Positions 35,877-45,597 of a stretch of DNA of 64,000 nucleotides are shown in pieces; the first letter of the stretch is position 1; every line of letters begins with the position of its first letter. Origin of the DNA: Flavobacteriales bacterium (GTDB lineage Bacteria > Bacteroidota > Bacteroidia > Flavobacteriales_F > PHOS-HE28). The stretch lies in NCBI GenBank assembly GCA_024103275.1, contig JAGFIV010000104.1, forward strand, positions 3,779 to 67,778. The letters are read 5' to 3'. Under the pieces are notes generated by a model. That model was not told where the DNA came from and ran no database searches. It saw only the letters and a list, made by a program, of their open reading frames with translations. Both the position numbers and the translations under genes were made by a program.

Positions 35877-35949
35877 GGTGCCTTAGCTCAGCTGGTAGAG
35901 CAATGGACTGAAAATCCATGTGTCCCCAGTTCGATTCTGGGAGGCACCA
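35877..35949 (+). tRNA. tRNA-Phe (anticodon GAA); CCA not encoded
   Basis: Manual cloverleaf: acceptor GGTGCCT/AGGCACC; D-arm GCTC-AGCTGGTA-GAGC; anticodon arm ATGGA-CTGAAAA-TCCAT (GAA at 34-36); T-arm CCCAG-TTCGATT-CTGGG; discriminator A. Confidence 0.9.
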
Positions 35950-35956
35950 CACGCCC

Positions 35957-35990
35957 GAAGCCTCCACGACCTGGAGGCTTCGCCGTTTTC
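35957..35990 (+). terminator. Intrinsic terminator after tRNA-Phe: perfect 10-bp stem gaagcctcca-cgacc-tggaggcttc + GCCGTTTTC
   Basis: Read directly. Also lies just downstream of the convergent HD gene stop (36008). Confidence 0.8.
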
Positions 35991-36007
35991 AGGACGGCCG
36001 TTCCCGC

Positions 36008-36595
36008 TCAGGGGTGGTCCCGCAGCCACTGCCGGACTTCCCGCAGATGGCGCTGTTTCACCGGTTCCCGCAAGGCGATGGAGGTTTGCGTGAGGTAGTG
36101 GTGGCCTGCCAGGAAAGCCTCCTGGAGCAGGTTCCATGCCCGCCGGTCCGTCACACCGCCATGGACCATCAGTTCACGGAACAAGCGGTCGCCCACCAGG
36201 AAGAAATCCTCACGGCCCAGATAGTCCAAGTCGGCATCACAAAGGATCCGGCTCAACGGGTCATGGGCGTTTTGCGGTATACGGGTGGACAGGATCAGGT
36301 TGCAAACGCGTTCCACTTGCGACGGTGGATAGCCGAAACGGGGCAGGTGCTGCCGTGCCAGGAGGCAGCTCCCCTGTTCATGGGCATCGGGCATCACCAG
36401 GAAACCGGAATCATGGAACAAGGCCGCGGTCAGCAACACGTCCAGGTCCTCTCCTTCCACACCCTCGTTCTTGGCAATACGCAAGGCGGCCCCATGCACA
36501 TCCAAGGTATGTTCCACGGAATGGTAGGGGCGGGAGCCAGGCAACCCCCATGCCAATTCCTCCAGAATAAATGCCTGAGCACCGGGCTTGTCCAT
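36008..36595 (-). CDS. HD-domain metal-dependent phosphohydrolase
   Basis: Start MDKPGAQAFILEEL (residue 37 of track ORF). …HSVEHTLDVHG…LLTAALFHDSGF… H…HD motif. Confidence 0.8.
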   Translation of the reverse strand: MDKPGAQAFILEELAWGLPGSRPYHSVEHTLDVHGAALRIAKNEGVEGEDLDVLLTAALFHDSGFLVMPDAHEQGSCLLARQHLPRFGYPPSQVERVCNLILSTRIPQNAHDPLSRILCDADLDYLGREDFFLVGDRLFRELMVHGGVTDRRAWNLLQEAFLAGHHYLTQTSIALREPVKQRHLREVRQWLRDHP

Positions 36596-36719
36596 ATGAA
36601 GCTTGCAAGGATAATCAATCGTGCCCGATCCATCTCCCCATCGGTGATGAAGGACTGTATTCCTGACGGCCCTCAGGCAGCCTGGCAGGCCCCGGTCGGG
36701 CACCTCCTACTTTTGGCCC

Positions 36720-37682
36720 ATGGCCCGCACCGTCCCGCGCCCGCCCGTGTTGCTCTTCGGCATGTTGGCGCTGTACATCCTGTTGCAATCGGCCTGGTGG
36801 ATGTGGCTGCTGGTGAGCAAGGACCGTGACATATACGCCCTGCAGCAGCAATTGGTGGGTGCTGGGCTGGTGCCTGAATTGCCGGTGCGCCTGCCCAGGC
36901 ACACCCTGCTCATGGTGGTGGGCGAAGGCCTGGTTTTCCTCATCCTCGTATTGTTGGGCCTATGGATCATGTTCCGTACGGTGCGGCACGAACTGTCTTT
37001 GGCACGCCAACAACGCGACTTTCTGATGGCTGCGGGCCATGAATTGCGGACCCCTATCGCCGCGTTGAAGCTGCATCTGCAGACCTTGATGCGCCCCGGA
37101 CTGGAGGCTGAAAGCCGGGATGCCCTGGTGCAGAACGCACGCGGCGATGTGGACCGCTTGCAGGCCCTGGCCGAGCAGGTATTGCTGGCCAGCCGCCTGG
37201 AGGAGCATGCCGCTGCGCCGCAACAATATGAAATAGTGGATGTGGCCCGGCTGACGGGCGAGATCCTGGGCGAGGCGCGATCCACGTACGGCCGGTCCCA
37301 CCTGCTGGTGGGTCGTTTGCCGGCCACCCTTCCATTGCGGACCGATGCCGGTTCCTTCCGGACGATCGCGGGCAACCTGCTCGAAAACGCCTGCAAGTAT
37401 TCCCCGGCCGGCACCACGGTGGCCGTGGAGCTGGGGGCGGTGCCCGGGGCGGCGTATTTCCGTGTGACGGACCAAGGCGCAGGCATCGCCGAGGAAGACC
37501 GCAGGAACATCTACACCAAATTCTATCGCGGGGGGGACGAGGCCACCCGGAGCACCAAGGGCACCGGGCTGGGCCTGTTCATCGTGCTGCGCCTGTTGCA
37601 GGACATGGGCGGGCGGATCGAATACCGGCCCGCGCGCCCGCACGGCTCTACCTTCACCGCGCTATTCCCAAACCGACCATGA
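36720..37682 (+). CDS. Sensor histidine kinase (2 TM, HisKA, HATPase_c), no adjacent response regulator
   Basis: …FLMAAGHELRTPIAALKLHLQTL… and …GTGLGLFIVLRLLQDMGGRIEY…. Its stop overlaps the gpmI start (ATGA). Confidence 0.9.
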   Translation: MARTVPRPPVLLFGMLALYILLQSAWWMWLLVSKDRDIYALQQQLVGAGLVPELPVRLPRHTLLMVVGEGLVFLILVLLGLWIMFRTVRHELSLARQQRDFLMAAGHELRTPIAALKLHLQTLMRPGLEAESRDALVQNARGDVDRLQALAEQVLLASRLEEHAAAPQQYEIVDVARLTGEILGEARSTYGRSHLLVGRLPATLPLRTDAGSFRTIAGNLLENACKYSPAGTTVAVELGAVPGAAYFRVTDQGAGIAEEDRRNIYTKFYRGGDEATRSTKGTGLGLFIVLRLLQDMGGRIEYRPARPHGSTFTALFPNRP

Positions 37683-39211
37683 CCTTCAGGAAAGCTGCCT
37701 TGATCATCCTGGACGGCTGGGGCATCGGTGCCGGTGACCAAACCGATGCCATCGCCCAGGCCCACACTCCTTTCATCGACCACCTCACCCGTACCGCGCC
37801 GCATGCGCAGTTGCGTACCGACGGGGAAAACGTGGGCCTGCCGCCCGGCCAGATGGGGAACAGCGAGGTGGGCCACTTGAACATCGGTGCCGGGCGCGTG
37901 GTGTACCAGGACCTGGTTCGCATCGACAAGGCCATCGCCGATGGTTCCTTCGGGCAGAACCCGGGGTTGCTGGACATGCTGTCCAAGGCCAAGGTGCAAG
38001 GCCGGCGCCTGCATCTGATCGGCCTGGTGGGCCATGGCGGCGTGCATGCGTCCAGCAAGCACTTGGTCGCCCTGTGCCGGGAAGCCGCGAAAGCCGGCTT
38101 GCAGGAGGTGTTCATCCACGCCTTCACGGATGGGCGGGATACCGACCCGCACAGCGGGCTGGGATTCATCGCCGAGCTGGAGGAAACCCTTGCGGGGACG
38201 ACCGTCCGCATCGCCTCGGTCAGCGGCCGCTATTATGCCATGGACCGGGACAAGCGCTGGGAACGCATCAAGAAGGCCTACGACGTGCTGGTCCATGGCG
38301 TGGGGGAACGTGCATCGGGCGCGAAGGCGGCCATTGAGGCCAGCTACGCCAAGGGGGTCACCGACGAGTTCATCCTTCCCTGCGCGATCCAAGGTGCCGA
38401 CGGCCAGCCATTGGCCTGCATCCGGCCGGACGATGTGGTGATCTGCTTCAACTTCCGCACCGACCGCTGCCGGGAGATCACCGAGGCGCTGACCCAGCGG
38501 CCCATCCCCGAACAAGGGATGGCTCCCTTGGCCGTGCATTACGCCACGATGACCCGCTACGACCACCGCTTCACGGGTTTGGCGGTGCTGTTCGAGAAAC
38601 AGGACTTGTCACGGACGATGGGCGAAGTGGTGTCATCCGCAGGGGTGGCCCAGGTGCGCATGGCGGAAACGGAAAAGTACCCCCATGTCACCTTTTTCTT
38701 CAGCGGCGGCCGGGAGGAACCTTTCCCGGGGGAGAAACGCATCCTGGTGCCGTCACCCAAAGTGGCCACCTATGACCTGCAACCGGAGATGAGTGCGCCG
38801 GAGGTGACCGCCGCCGCGGTGAAGGAGATCCTTGAAGGGGACTGCGGGTTCATGGTCCTCAACATCGCCAATCCGGACATGGTGGGGCACACCGGCGTGT
38901 TCCCGGCGATCGTGAAAGCGGTGGAGACCACCGATGCCTGCGCGCGGCAAGTGGTGGAGGCCGGCCGGTCCAAGGGCTGGTCGTTCGTGATCATAGCCGA
39001 CCATGGCAATGCGGACAAGGCCGTAAACCCGGACGGGTCGCCCAATACGGCACACACCACCAACCCGGTGCCGATCTTCGTGCTGTGCGACAAACCGGTT
39101 TCCGTGGGCAACGGGATCCTTGCCGATGTGGCCCCCACCCTGCTGGATCTGATGGGTATTGCCCAACCCGCTGAGATGACGGGGCGATCGCTGGTCACCC
39201 CCGCGGACTGA
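37679..39211 (+). CDS. gpmI: 2,3-bisphosphoglycerate-independent phosphoglycerate mutase
   Basis: 510 aa, MTFRKAALIILDGWGIG…, canonical iPGM sequence throughout. Confidence 0.95.
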   Translation: MTFRKAALIILDGWGIGAGDQTDAIAQAHTPFIDHLTRTAPHAQLRTDGENVGLPPGQMGNSEVGHLNIGAGRVVYQDLVRIDKAIADGSFGQNPGLLDMLSKAKVQGRRLHLIGLVGHGGVHASSKHLVALCREAAKAGLQEVFIHAFTDGRDTDPHSGLGFIAELEETLAGTTVRIASVSGRYYAMDRDKRWERIKKAYDVLVHGVGERASGAKAAIEASYAKGVTDEFILPCAIQGADGQPLACIRPDDVVICFNFRTDRCREITEALTQRPIPEQGMAPLAVHYATMTRYDHRFTGLAVLFEKQDLSRTMGEVVSSAGVAQVRMAETEKYPHVTFFFSGGREEPFPGEKRILVPSPKVATYDLQPEMSAPEVTAAAVKEILEGDCGFMVLNIANPDMVGHTGVFPAIVKAVETTDACARQVVEAGRSKGWSFVIIADHGNADKAVNPDGSPNTAHTTNPVPIFVLCDKPVSVGNGILADVAPTLLDLMGIAQPAEMTGRSLVTPAD

Positions 39212-39216
39212 CCCGC

Positions 39217-40845
39217 CTATTTGCGCGCGTTGCCCAGCACGTGGAGGTTCCCGGTGTATTCCTTGTCCAACACCCGCACAAAATAAAAGTAGGTGCCGTC
39301 GGACAGGTCCTTGGCAAAGAAGTTGTTCTGGTAGTTCGAGGCACTGAAGACCTCTTGGCCCCACCGGTTCCAGATCTGCACGAAATTTTCGCGCCCCGCG
39401 ATACCATCGATATGGAACCGGTCGTTCATCCCGTCGCCGTTGGGGGTGATCACATTGGGGATGATCACCTGGCAACCGGCATCGACCACCACCTCCATCG
39501 CCACGGATCGCGGGCATTCATCGGTCGCAGACACTGTGTAGGTGCCGTTCTCCATGCCCGGCACATAGACCTCATTCGCGTGCAAGGAGTCGCCCCACGT
39601 CAGCACCACTTGGCCCAGCCCTCCGGAAGTATAGGCGTATAGCGGGATGGAGTCCTGGTCGCAGTTCAGGAGCAGATGCGGCTCGGTGTGGATCACGATC
39701 TCCGGATAATCGATGATGGCCATGATGGATGAGTTGATGATGGTATCCCCGCAGGCATTGATCTCGAATACGTTCATGATGATGGACTCCGGGCCTTCAA
39801 CGATCCCGTCCTCGACGGCCGTGATGGGGATGACCACTGAATCCTGCCCGGCCGGGATGATCGCGGGGCTGGGGGGGATCTGAAAATCCACCCCCGGGGT
39901 GGCGGTTCCGGTGAGGAAGAAATTGACGACCACGGTGCTGTCCGCCCCTGCTGGACGGAAGAAGGCAAAGTAGTCGCCCTCGCAGCCTTCGGCGGTGGCA
40001 CCCGAGCCATGAAAGGTGGCCGCGTTCACCTGTGGCACCGCATTGGACCGGAAGCTGCCGGCCTGCAGGAAAACGGCGGAATTGTAGGCCATGTCACCTG
40101 CATCCCCGATGGCCAATTTGATGTGGTACGTTTCCCCGCATGTAACCGCCGCTTCCGCCCGCAGCACCGTGGTAAATCCGTTGAGCGCGATGGTGGTGCC
40201 GCCCGTGTTGTACACATAATACTGCTCATTGGCCGCCGGGCAAGAAAGGCCGTCCGACCCATGGATGTTGGCAATGCTCACGGGCAGGTTGGTCCCCGGT
40301 ACCAAGGCGATGTTGATGGCATTGTTGGTGTACGGCCCGTTGATGCCCGGGCCGCTGAGGAAGAAGCCGAAGACATCATTGAAATTGGCGCTGCAGTTGA
40401 AACTGGGATACTCCTCCGACCCGAAGACATAACTGAACTTCAGGGAATCACCCGTGGGTACGAAATCAAACTCCAGGACGGCCTTGTCCAAGATGGTGTT
40501 GCCCGGCGTGGTGATGGCCAGCAGGTCCGGGTCCGAGCCGGTATACAACTGGTCGCTTCCGAAATTGGTGGCCGGTCCCACCACGGAAGTGGCCAGGCCC
40601 GAGGAAAGGATCAGCCCGGCATCCAGGCCGAGGTTGGTGCTGTTGCCATTGGTGAAGGAACCCGATCCATCCTGGGGGGTGGTGGCTCCGGCCCCGTTGA
40701 AGGTTACGTTCGACACGGAAACCCCTGACCCGACCAGGATGTCCTGGACGAGTTCCTCTGGCGTCAAGGCCGTGTTCACGTTCAATTGTGCCGAGGCCTG
40801 GATGGCGGCACATCCGACAAGGATGGATAGAAGTTTCCGGGGCAT
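39217..40845 (-). CDS. T9SS cargo protein: N-terminal choice-of-anchor L domain + Ig-like repeats + type B C-terminal sorting domain (gliding motility-associated CTD)
   Basis: Start MPRKLLSILVGCAAIQASAQ (residue 47 of track ORF). C-terminus …ITPNGDGMNDRFHIDG…IWNRWGQEVF…GTYFYFVRV…. Confidence 0.8.
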   Translation of the reverse strand: MPRKLLSILVGCAAIQASAQLNVNTALTPEELVQDILVGSGVSVSNVTFNGAGATTPQDGSGSFTNGNSTNLGLDAGLILSSGLATSVVGPATNFGSDQLYTGSDPDLLAITTPGNTILDKAVLEFDFVPTGDSLKFSYVFGSEEYPSFNCSANFNDVFGFFLSGPGINGPYTNNAINIALVPGTNLPVSIANIHGSDGLSCPAANEQYYVYNTGGTTIALNGFTTVLRAEAAVTCGETYHIKLAIGDAGDMAYNSAVFLQAGSFRSNAVPQVNAATFHGSGATAEGCEGDYFAFFRPAGADSTVVVNFFLTGTATPGVDFQIPPSPAIIPAGQDSVVIPITAVEDGIVEGPESIIMNVFEINACGDTIINSSIMAIIDYPEIVIHTEPHLLLNCDQDSIPLYAYTSGGLGQVVLTWGDSLHANEVYVPGMENGTYTVSATDECPRSVAMEVVVDAGCQVIIPNVITPNGDGMNDRFHIDGIAGRENFVQIWNRWGQEVFSASNYQNNFFAKDLSDGTYFYFVRVLDKEYTGNLHVLGNARK

Positions 40846-40873
40846 GAGGGGTCTGGAGTGTGGATGGATGGGG

Positions 40874-43537
40874 TTATCTGCCGTTCGTGCCGCGCACCAA
40901 AGTAACGTGCCCGTACTTTTCCTCGGCTTCAAAGTAGTGTCCTTTTGCGCGATACTTGTAAACGTAAACGCCTGTAACGGCATCGGCCCCGCCGTTCACC
41001 TTCCCGTCCCAGGGTTTGTTGATGTCGTCCGTTTCAAAGACCACATGGCCCCAACGGTCGAAAATGACCATGTGGAACTCATACACCGACGAATGGACCG
41101 GCCCGAAGGTATCATTCACGTGGTCGCCATCGGGGGTGAAGGCATTGGGGAAGAACAACGTGGCAGGCGGCTTTACCAGCAGGCTGTCCATGGCCTTGCA
41201 ACCTTCCCGGCTCACCGTGTGCAAGGTTACCCAATGGTCTTCCAGGTCCAAATAACTGTGCAGGACGGACTCCGACTTGGCCCGTGTGCCGTCGCCCATG
41301 TCCCAAAGGATCACCGGCACGCTATACGGATACGTGGCAGCCTGGAACAGCCAATCATCCACCCCTTTGGGATAGATGAGGATTTGCGCCTCCGGGTGCT
41401 GCACGGTGACCACCGTCCGCGCCGAGATGAATTCCCCGCATTGGTCCATGACATCCACCACGAACACCTGATCATGGTCCCCACCGTAGTACAACTTGGG
41501 ATCGCTCCACTCCTGGCCCTCCCAATCGATGGTATACACCCCGGAGCCTCCGCGAACCTGGGCCCACAAGGCTATGGTATCACCGGCGCAAATGGTACTG
41601 TCCGGTGTCAGGTCCATGCGAAAAGGTGCGTACCGCGGATAACGCGTCATGAATAGGCTGTCTGCCTGGTAACCGCACTGGTCCTGCACGTGCAACGTAT
41701 AGCCGGCATCCCCCGGGACGCCTATCAGCAGGGTGTCCGCAAAGCTCAAGGTTACCCCGGTGGCATCCGTCCAACTGTAGGTATACACGCCATTCCCCCC
41801 GGTAATGCCCAACGGGAACAGCACCACCGAATCACCGGTACAGAACACCGTCGTATCCCATGAAAGGATCTCGATACCCGGTAAGGGCTGCGTGCCCACC
41901 TGCACCGAGTCGGTGGCGGCGTGGTCGCATGCATCCTGCACGGTAACCACGTACCACACCGCCGGATCGGGGGCCGGTACGTTCAGGATGGGGTCGGTGC
42001 CGACGGTTGCGCCGCCAAGCATCCATTGATAGCTGTATGTTCCCTCACCGCCGGCAACCGTGGCCTGGATGTTTTCATTGCCCAGGCAGGGGATCAGGAT
42101 GTCCGAACCGGCGGACACGGTCATGGGGGGATAGACGGGGATGTTCACCGTGATGCTGTCCAGCACCGCCGGGATCGAGCACGTGTCCATGACCGTGACA
42201 TAATAGGTGGTGGTGGTATCCGGTCCCACGGTGATCGTGGCCGTGGTATCCCCGGTGGTCCATAAATATCGGTATAGCCCGGTCCCGCCGGCCACTTGCG
42301 GCCCGATGGCATAGGTCTGCCCGCATAGGCCGTCCACATCGGTGGTGGTGACATCCAACAGCGGGTATTGATCAATATGGAATAGGTAGTCATTCTCCAC
42401 GTTCGTGCCGCTGCACTGGATGTTCTGCTCGATGTGCAGGGTGATCGTTTCCGGCCCGTCCGCATCATAGGGCACCTCCAGGTACAAGGTGTACATCGTA
42501 TCACCGGGCTGGAAGACGATCTGCGACGGGAACGGCGGGTAATAGTCCACGCCGGGAGTGGCGGTCCCCCCAATGGTCAAATGGGCCGTATCCACCAACG
42601 AGGTGTCACCGGTGCGGATGAAATGGAACGGGATGGTGCCGCAACCCTCAAACAGGGTGCTGTCGTTCGCGCCCAACTGGACCCCATCAAGCACCAAGGA
42701 TGGGATCACCTGCCCGGTACTCGCAAAGCTGCCCGCTTCCAGGAACACGCCTGACTGCAAGGCGGCATCCGTGCCATTGCCAATGGCGAGCTTGATGTGG
42801 TACGTCTGGCCGCACTCCACGGCAGCCAAGGCGGTGAGCACGGTGGTGAACCCATTGAAGCGGACGCTGGTGCCCGCATTGTTGTTCACATAGTAGATGT
42901 TGTTGTTCTGCCAGTTGGGGTCGGCGGCTGCACAGGTGCTGGCACTGTATCCCGGCCCCGGGACGCCGGCGTTGATGGTGTTGATGGTGATGGGCACCGT
43001 GGTGCCGGGCACCAGCGCAATGTTGATCGCATTGTTGGTGAACGGGCCGTTCAGCCCCGGCCCGCTGAGGAAAAAGCCGAACGCATCGTTGAAGGCACTG
43101 CAGACATACGTGGGGTATTCCTCCGAGGCAAAAACAAAACGGAAATGCAGCGAATCGCCCGTGGGAATGAAATCAAATTCCAAGATGGCCGCCGAGTTGA
43201 TGTTCTGCCCCGACAATTGGACCAGGTCGACATCCGAACCGCCTTGCCCCCCATTGTCCGCTACAACGTCACTGCCCAGCCCCGGAATGGAGGTCACATC
43301 GCCGGTGCAAAGCACCACCCCAGCACCCAAGTTCAGGTTGGTGGGGCCCATGCTGGTAAAATGGCCGCGGCCCACCGCAGCCCCCGTATAGGTGATGTTG
43401 GTGGCCGTAACCCCCCCGCCCAATAGCACGTTGTCCACCAACTGGGCCGGTGTCATCGTGTTCGATACGCTTATTTGTGCCGACAAAGGGCCGCCCAACA
43501 GCAGGAAGGGAAGCCAGAATGACGCACGATGTCGCAT
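40874..43537 (-). CDS. T9SS cargo protein, larger paralogue of the preceding gene (choice-of-anchor L N-domain, multiple Ig-like repeats, type B C-terminal sorting domain)
   Basis: Start MRHRASFWLPFLLLGGPLSAQ (residue 45). N-domain collinear with neighbour (…NDAFGFFLSGPGLNGPFTNNAINIALVPGT…GQTYHIKLAIGNGTDAALQSGVFLEAGSF…). C-terminus …FTPDGDHVNDTF…FDRWGHVVF…PWDG…GVYVYKY…. Confidence 0.8.
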   Translation of the reverse strand: MRHRASFWLPFLLLGGPLSAQISVSNTMTPAQLVDNVLLGGGVTATNITYTGAAVGRGHFTSMGPTNLNLGAGVVLCTGDVTSIPGLGSDVVADNGGQGGSDVDLVQLSGQNINSAAILEFDFIPTGDSLHFRFVFASEEYPTYVCSAFNDAFGFFLSGPGLNGPFTNNAINIALVPGTTVPITINTINAGVPGPGYSASTCAAADPNWQNNNIYYVNNNAGTSVRFNGFTTVLTALAAVECGQTYHIKLAIGNGTDAALQSGVFLEAGSFASTGQVIPSLVLDGVQLGANDSTLFEGCGTIPFHFIRTGDTSLVDTAHLTIGGTATPGVDYYPPFPSQIVFQPGDTMYTLYLEVPYDADGPETITLHIEQNIQCSGTNVENDYLFHIDQYPLLDVTTTDVDGLCGQTYAIGPQVAGGTGLYRYLWTTGDTTATITVGPDTTTTYYVTVMDTCSIPAVLDSITVNIPVYPPMTVSAGSDILIPCLGNENIQATVAGGEGTYSYQWMLGGATVGTDPILNVPAPDPAVWYVVTVQDACDHAATDSVQVGTQPLPGIEILSWDTTVFCTGDSVVLFPLGITGGNGVYTYSWTDATGVTLSFADTLLIGVPGDAGYTLHVQDQCGYQADSLFMTRYPRYAPFRMDLTPDSTICAGDTIALWAQVRGGSGVYTIDWEGQEWSDPKLYYGGDHDQVFVVDVMDQCGEFISARTVVTVQHPEAQILIYPKGVDDWLFQAATYPYSVPVILWDMGDGTRAKSESVLHSYLDLEDHWVTLHTVSREGCKAMDSLLVKPPATLFFPNAFTPDGDHVNDTFGPVHSSVYEFHMVIFDRWGHVVFETDDINKPWDGKVNGGADAVTGVYVYKYRAKGHYFEAEEKYGHVTLVRGTNGR

Positions 43538-43653
43538 AAGCAATGCTGAATGGGTGGGTAAGGTAAGTCTTGGGACCGGTACATAGACCGCAATTGCGTG
43601 CCGATGGTTGCCTGCCTTGGGTGCACTTTCCCGGTGGCTGCCTTCCGCGATCC

Positions 43654-43661
43654 TATCTTTG
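43654..43661 (+). promoter_or_regulatory. -7 promoter element TATCTTTG upstream of the M20 peptidase gene
   Basis: Exact TAnnTTTG match 27 nt upstream of ATG 43688. Confidence 0.35.
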
Positions 43662-43687
43662 ACCGGCACCGCTAACCCGACGTATGG

Positions 43688-45058
43688 ATGAAATCCGTGG
43701 ACGAGTACATCGAAGCAAACAAGGACCGCTTCCTGGAGGAACTTCTGGGCCTGCTACGCATCCCCAGCGTGAGCGCGGACCCCAAATACAAGGAGGACGT
43801 GGCGCGGTGTGCGGAAGCGGTGAAACAGCGGATGGAAGAGGCCGGCCTGGAGAAGGTGGAGGTGTGCACCACCCCCGGCAACCCGGTGGTGTACGGCGAG
43901 AAGATCACCGATCCGTCCTGGCCCACGGTGCTGGTGTATGGCCACTACGATGTGCAACCGCCCGACCCGTTGGACCTGTGGGACAGCCCGCCGTTTGAGC
44001 CGGTGGTGAAGGACGGGATGATCTATGCGCGGGGCAGCGCCGACGACAAGGGGCAGTTCTATATGCACGTGAAGGCCGTGGAGGCGATGGTGCGCACCGG
44101 CAGCCTGGCTTGCAACGTGAAAATGATGATCGAGGGCGAAGAGGAGGTGGGGTCCGTCAACCTCGGGAACTTCGTGAAGGCAAACAAGGCGCGCCTCGCG
44201 GCGGACGTGATCCTGATCAGCGATACTTCGATGCTGGCCAACGATGTCCCGAGCATCAATACGGGGTTGCGGGGCCTAAGCTATCTGGAGGTGGAGGTGA
44301 CCGGCCCCGACCGTGACCTGCACAGCGGGGTGTACGGGGGGGCCGTGGCCAACCCCATCAACGTGCTGTGCGACCTGATCAGCAGCCTGCACGACCAGGA
44401 CCGGCGGATCACCATCCCCGGCTTTTACGATGCCGTCCAAGAGCTATCTGCGGCGGAGCGGGCCGAATTGGCCAAGGCCCCCTTCGATGAAAAGGCCTAC
44501 ATGGCGGACCTGGGCATCGGGGCCGTACAGGGTGAAAAAGGCTACACCACGCCCGAACGCAGCTCCATTCGGCCCACACTGGACGTGAACGGCATCTGGG
44601 GCGGATACACGGGCGAAGGGGCCAAGACCGTGCTTCCGTCCAAGGCCCACGCGAAGATCAGCATGCGCCTGGTGCCGGACCAGAAGAACGAGGCCATCAT
44701 CCGACTCTTCAAGGAACATTTCGAAAGGATCGCCCCGCCCTGCGTCAGGGTGGAGGTAAAGCCCCTGCACGGTGGCGAGGCGGCGGTGACACCCACGGAC
44801 AGCCCCGCATACCGGGCGGCGAGCCTGGCCATGGAAGAGACCTTCGGCAAAAAACCCATCCCCACACGGGGCGGCGGCAGCATCCCCATCGTGGCACTTT
44901 TTGAGGAGGTGTTGGGGCTGAAGACGATCCTTTTCGGCTTCGGGTTGGACAGCGACAACATCCATAGTCCCAACGAGCGCTACGGCATTTTCAACTACAT
45001 GAAGGGGATCACCACCATCCCGCGCTTCTTCAAGCACTTTGCGGAGCTGCACGGCTGA
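43688..45058 (+). CDS. M20-family dipeptidase (ArgE/DapE/CPG2 fold)
   Basis: 456 aa. …VYGHYDVQPPDPLDLW…GSADDKGQ…EGEEEVGS… metal-binding motifs. Confidence 0.9.
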   Translation: MKSVDEYIEANKDRFLEELLGLLRIPSVSADPKYKEDVARCAEAVKQRMEEAGLEKVEVCTTPGNPVVYGEKITDPSWPTVLVYGHYDVQPPDPLDLWDSPPFEPVVKDGMIYARGSADDKGQFYMHVKAVEAMVRTGSLACNVKMMIEGEEEVGSVNLGNFVKANKARLAADVILISDTSMLANDVPSINTGLRGLSYLEVEVTGPDRDLHSGVYGGAVANPINVLCDLISSLHDQDRRITIPGFYDAVQELSAAERAELAKAPFDEKAYMADLGIGAVQGEKGYTTPERSSIRPTLDVNGIWGGYTGEGAKTVLPSKAHAKISMRLVPDQKNEAIIRLFKEHFERIAPPCVRVEVKPLHGGEAAVTPTDSPAYRAASLAMEETFGKKPIPTRGGGSIPIVALFEEVLGLKTILFGFGLDSDNIHSPNERYGIFNYMKGITTIPRFFKHFAELHG

Positions 45059-45126
45059 GCGGGCACCTGCAAGGCCGTGCGGGCTGAACCCCCGACCATG
45101 GCACGGACGTTGAAAGCGGCATCAGG

Positions 45127-45597
45127 ATGCTTGCCACGAACCCCCGGAATGCCTACTTGGCCTTGGCGTTGGTGCTGGCCTTGCCATTCACAGGCTGCAT
45201 GTCCTACACCGAGGTGGATGTGCTCGGTGTGCGGGATGCCCGGATCACCCGCCTTGACGCCAAGGGCCTGAACGCCTTGGTGGACGTGGAGATCGCCAAC
45301 CCGAACAACTACAAGATCCAGGTGATGGACCCCGACGTGGACCTGTTCGTGAACGGCATGGCCGTGGGCAAGGCCACCATGGACAGCGTGCTGGTCCTGT
45401 CGGCGCGGAGCACCCGCACCTACCGGTTGCCGCTGCGGGCCACCTTCCAGGGGAATGCATCCGTATTGCCGATGCTGCTGGGTTCCGCCTTGCGCGGCAA
45501 CATGTTGTTGAAGGCGCAAGGGACGGTGGTGGGCAAGGCCCGGGCCCTGCGTAAAAGGTTTCCGTTCGAGGTGGAGCACCGGCTTGAACTCCAGTGA
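45127..45597 (+). CDS. LEA_2 / WHy (Lea14, NDR1-HIN1-like) domain lipoprotein
   Basis: MLATNPRNAYLALALVLALPFTGC signal/lipobox; …DARITRLDAKGLNALVDVEIANPNNYKIQVMDPDVDLFVNGMAVGKA…. Confidence 0.7.
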   Translation: MLATNPRNAYLALALVLALPFTGCMSYTEVDVLGVRDARITRLDAKGLNALVDVEIANPNNYKIQVMDPDVDLFVNGMAVGKATMDSVLVLSARSTRTYRLPLRATFQGNASVLPMLLGSALRGNMLLKAQGTVVGKARALRKRFPFEVEHRLELQ

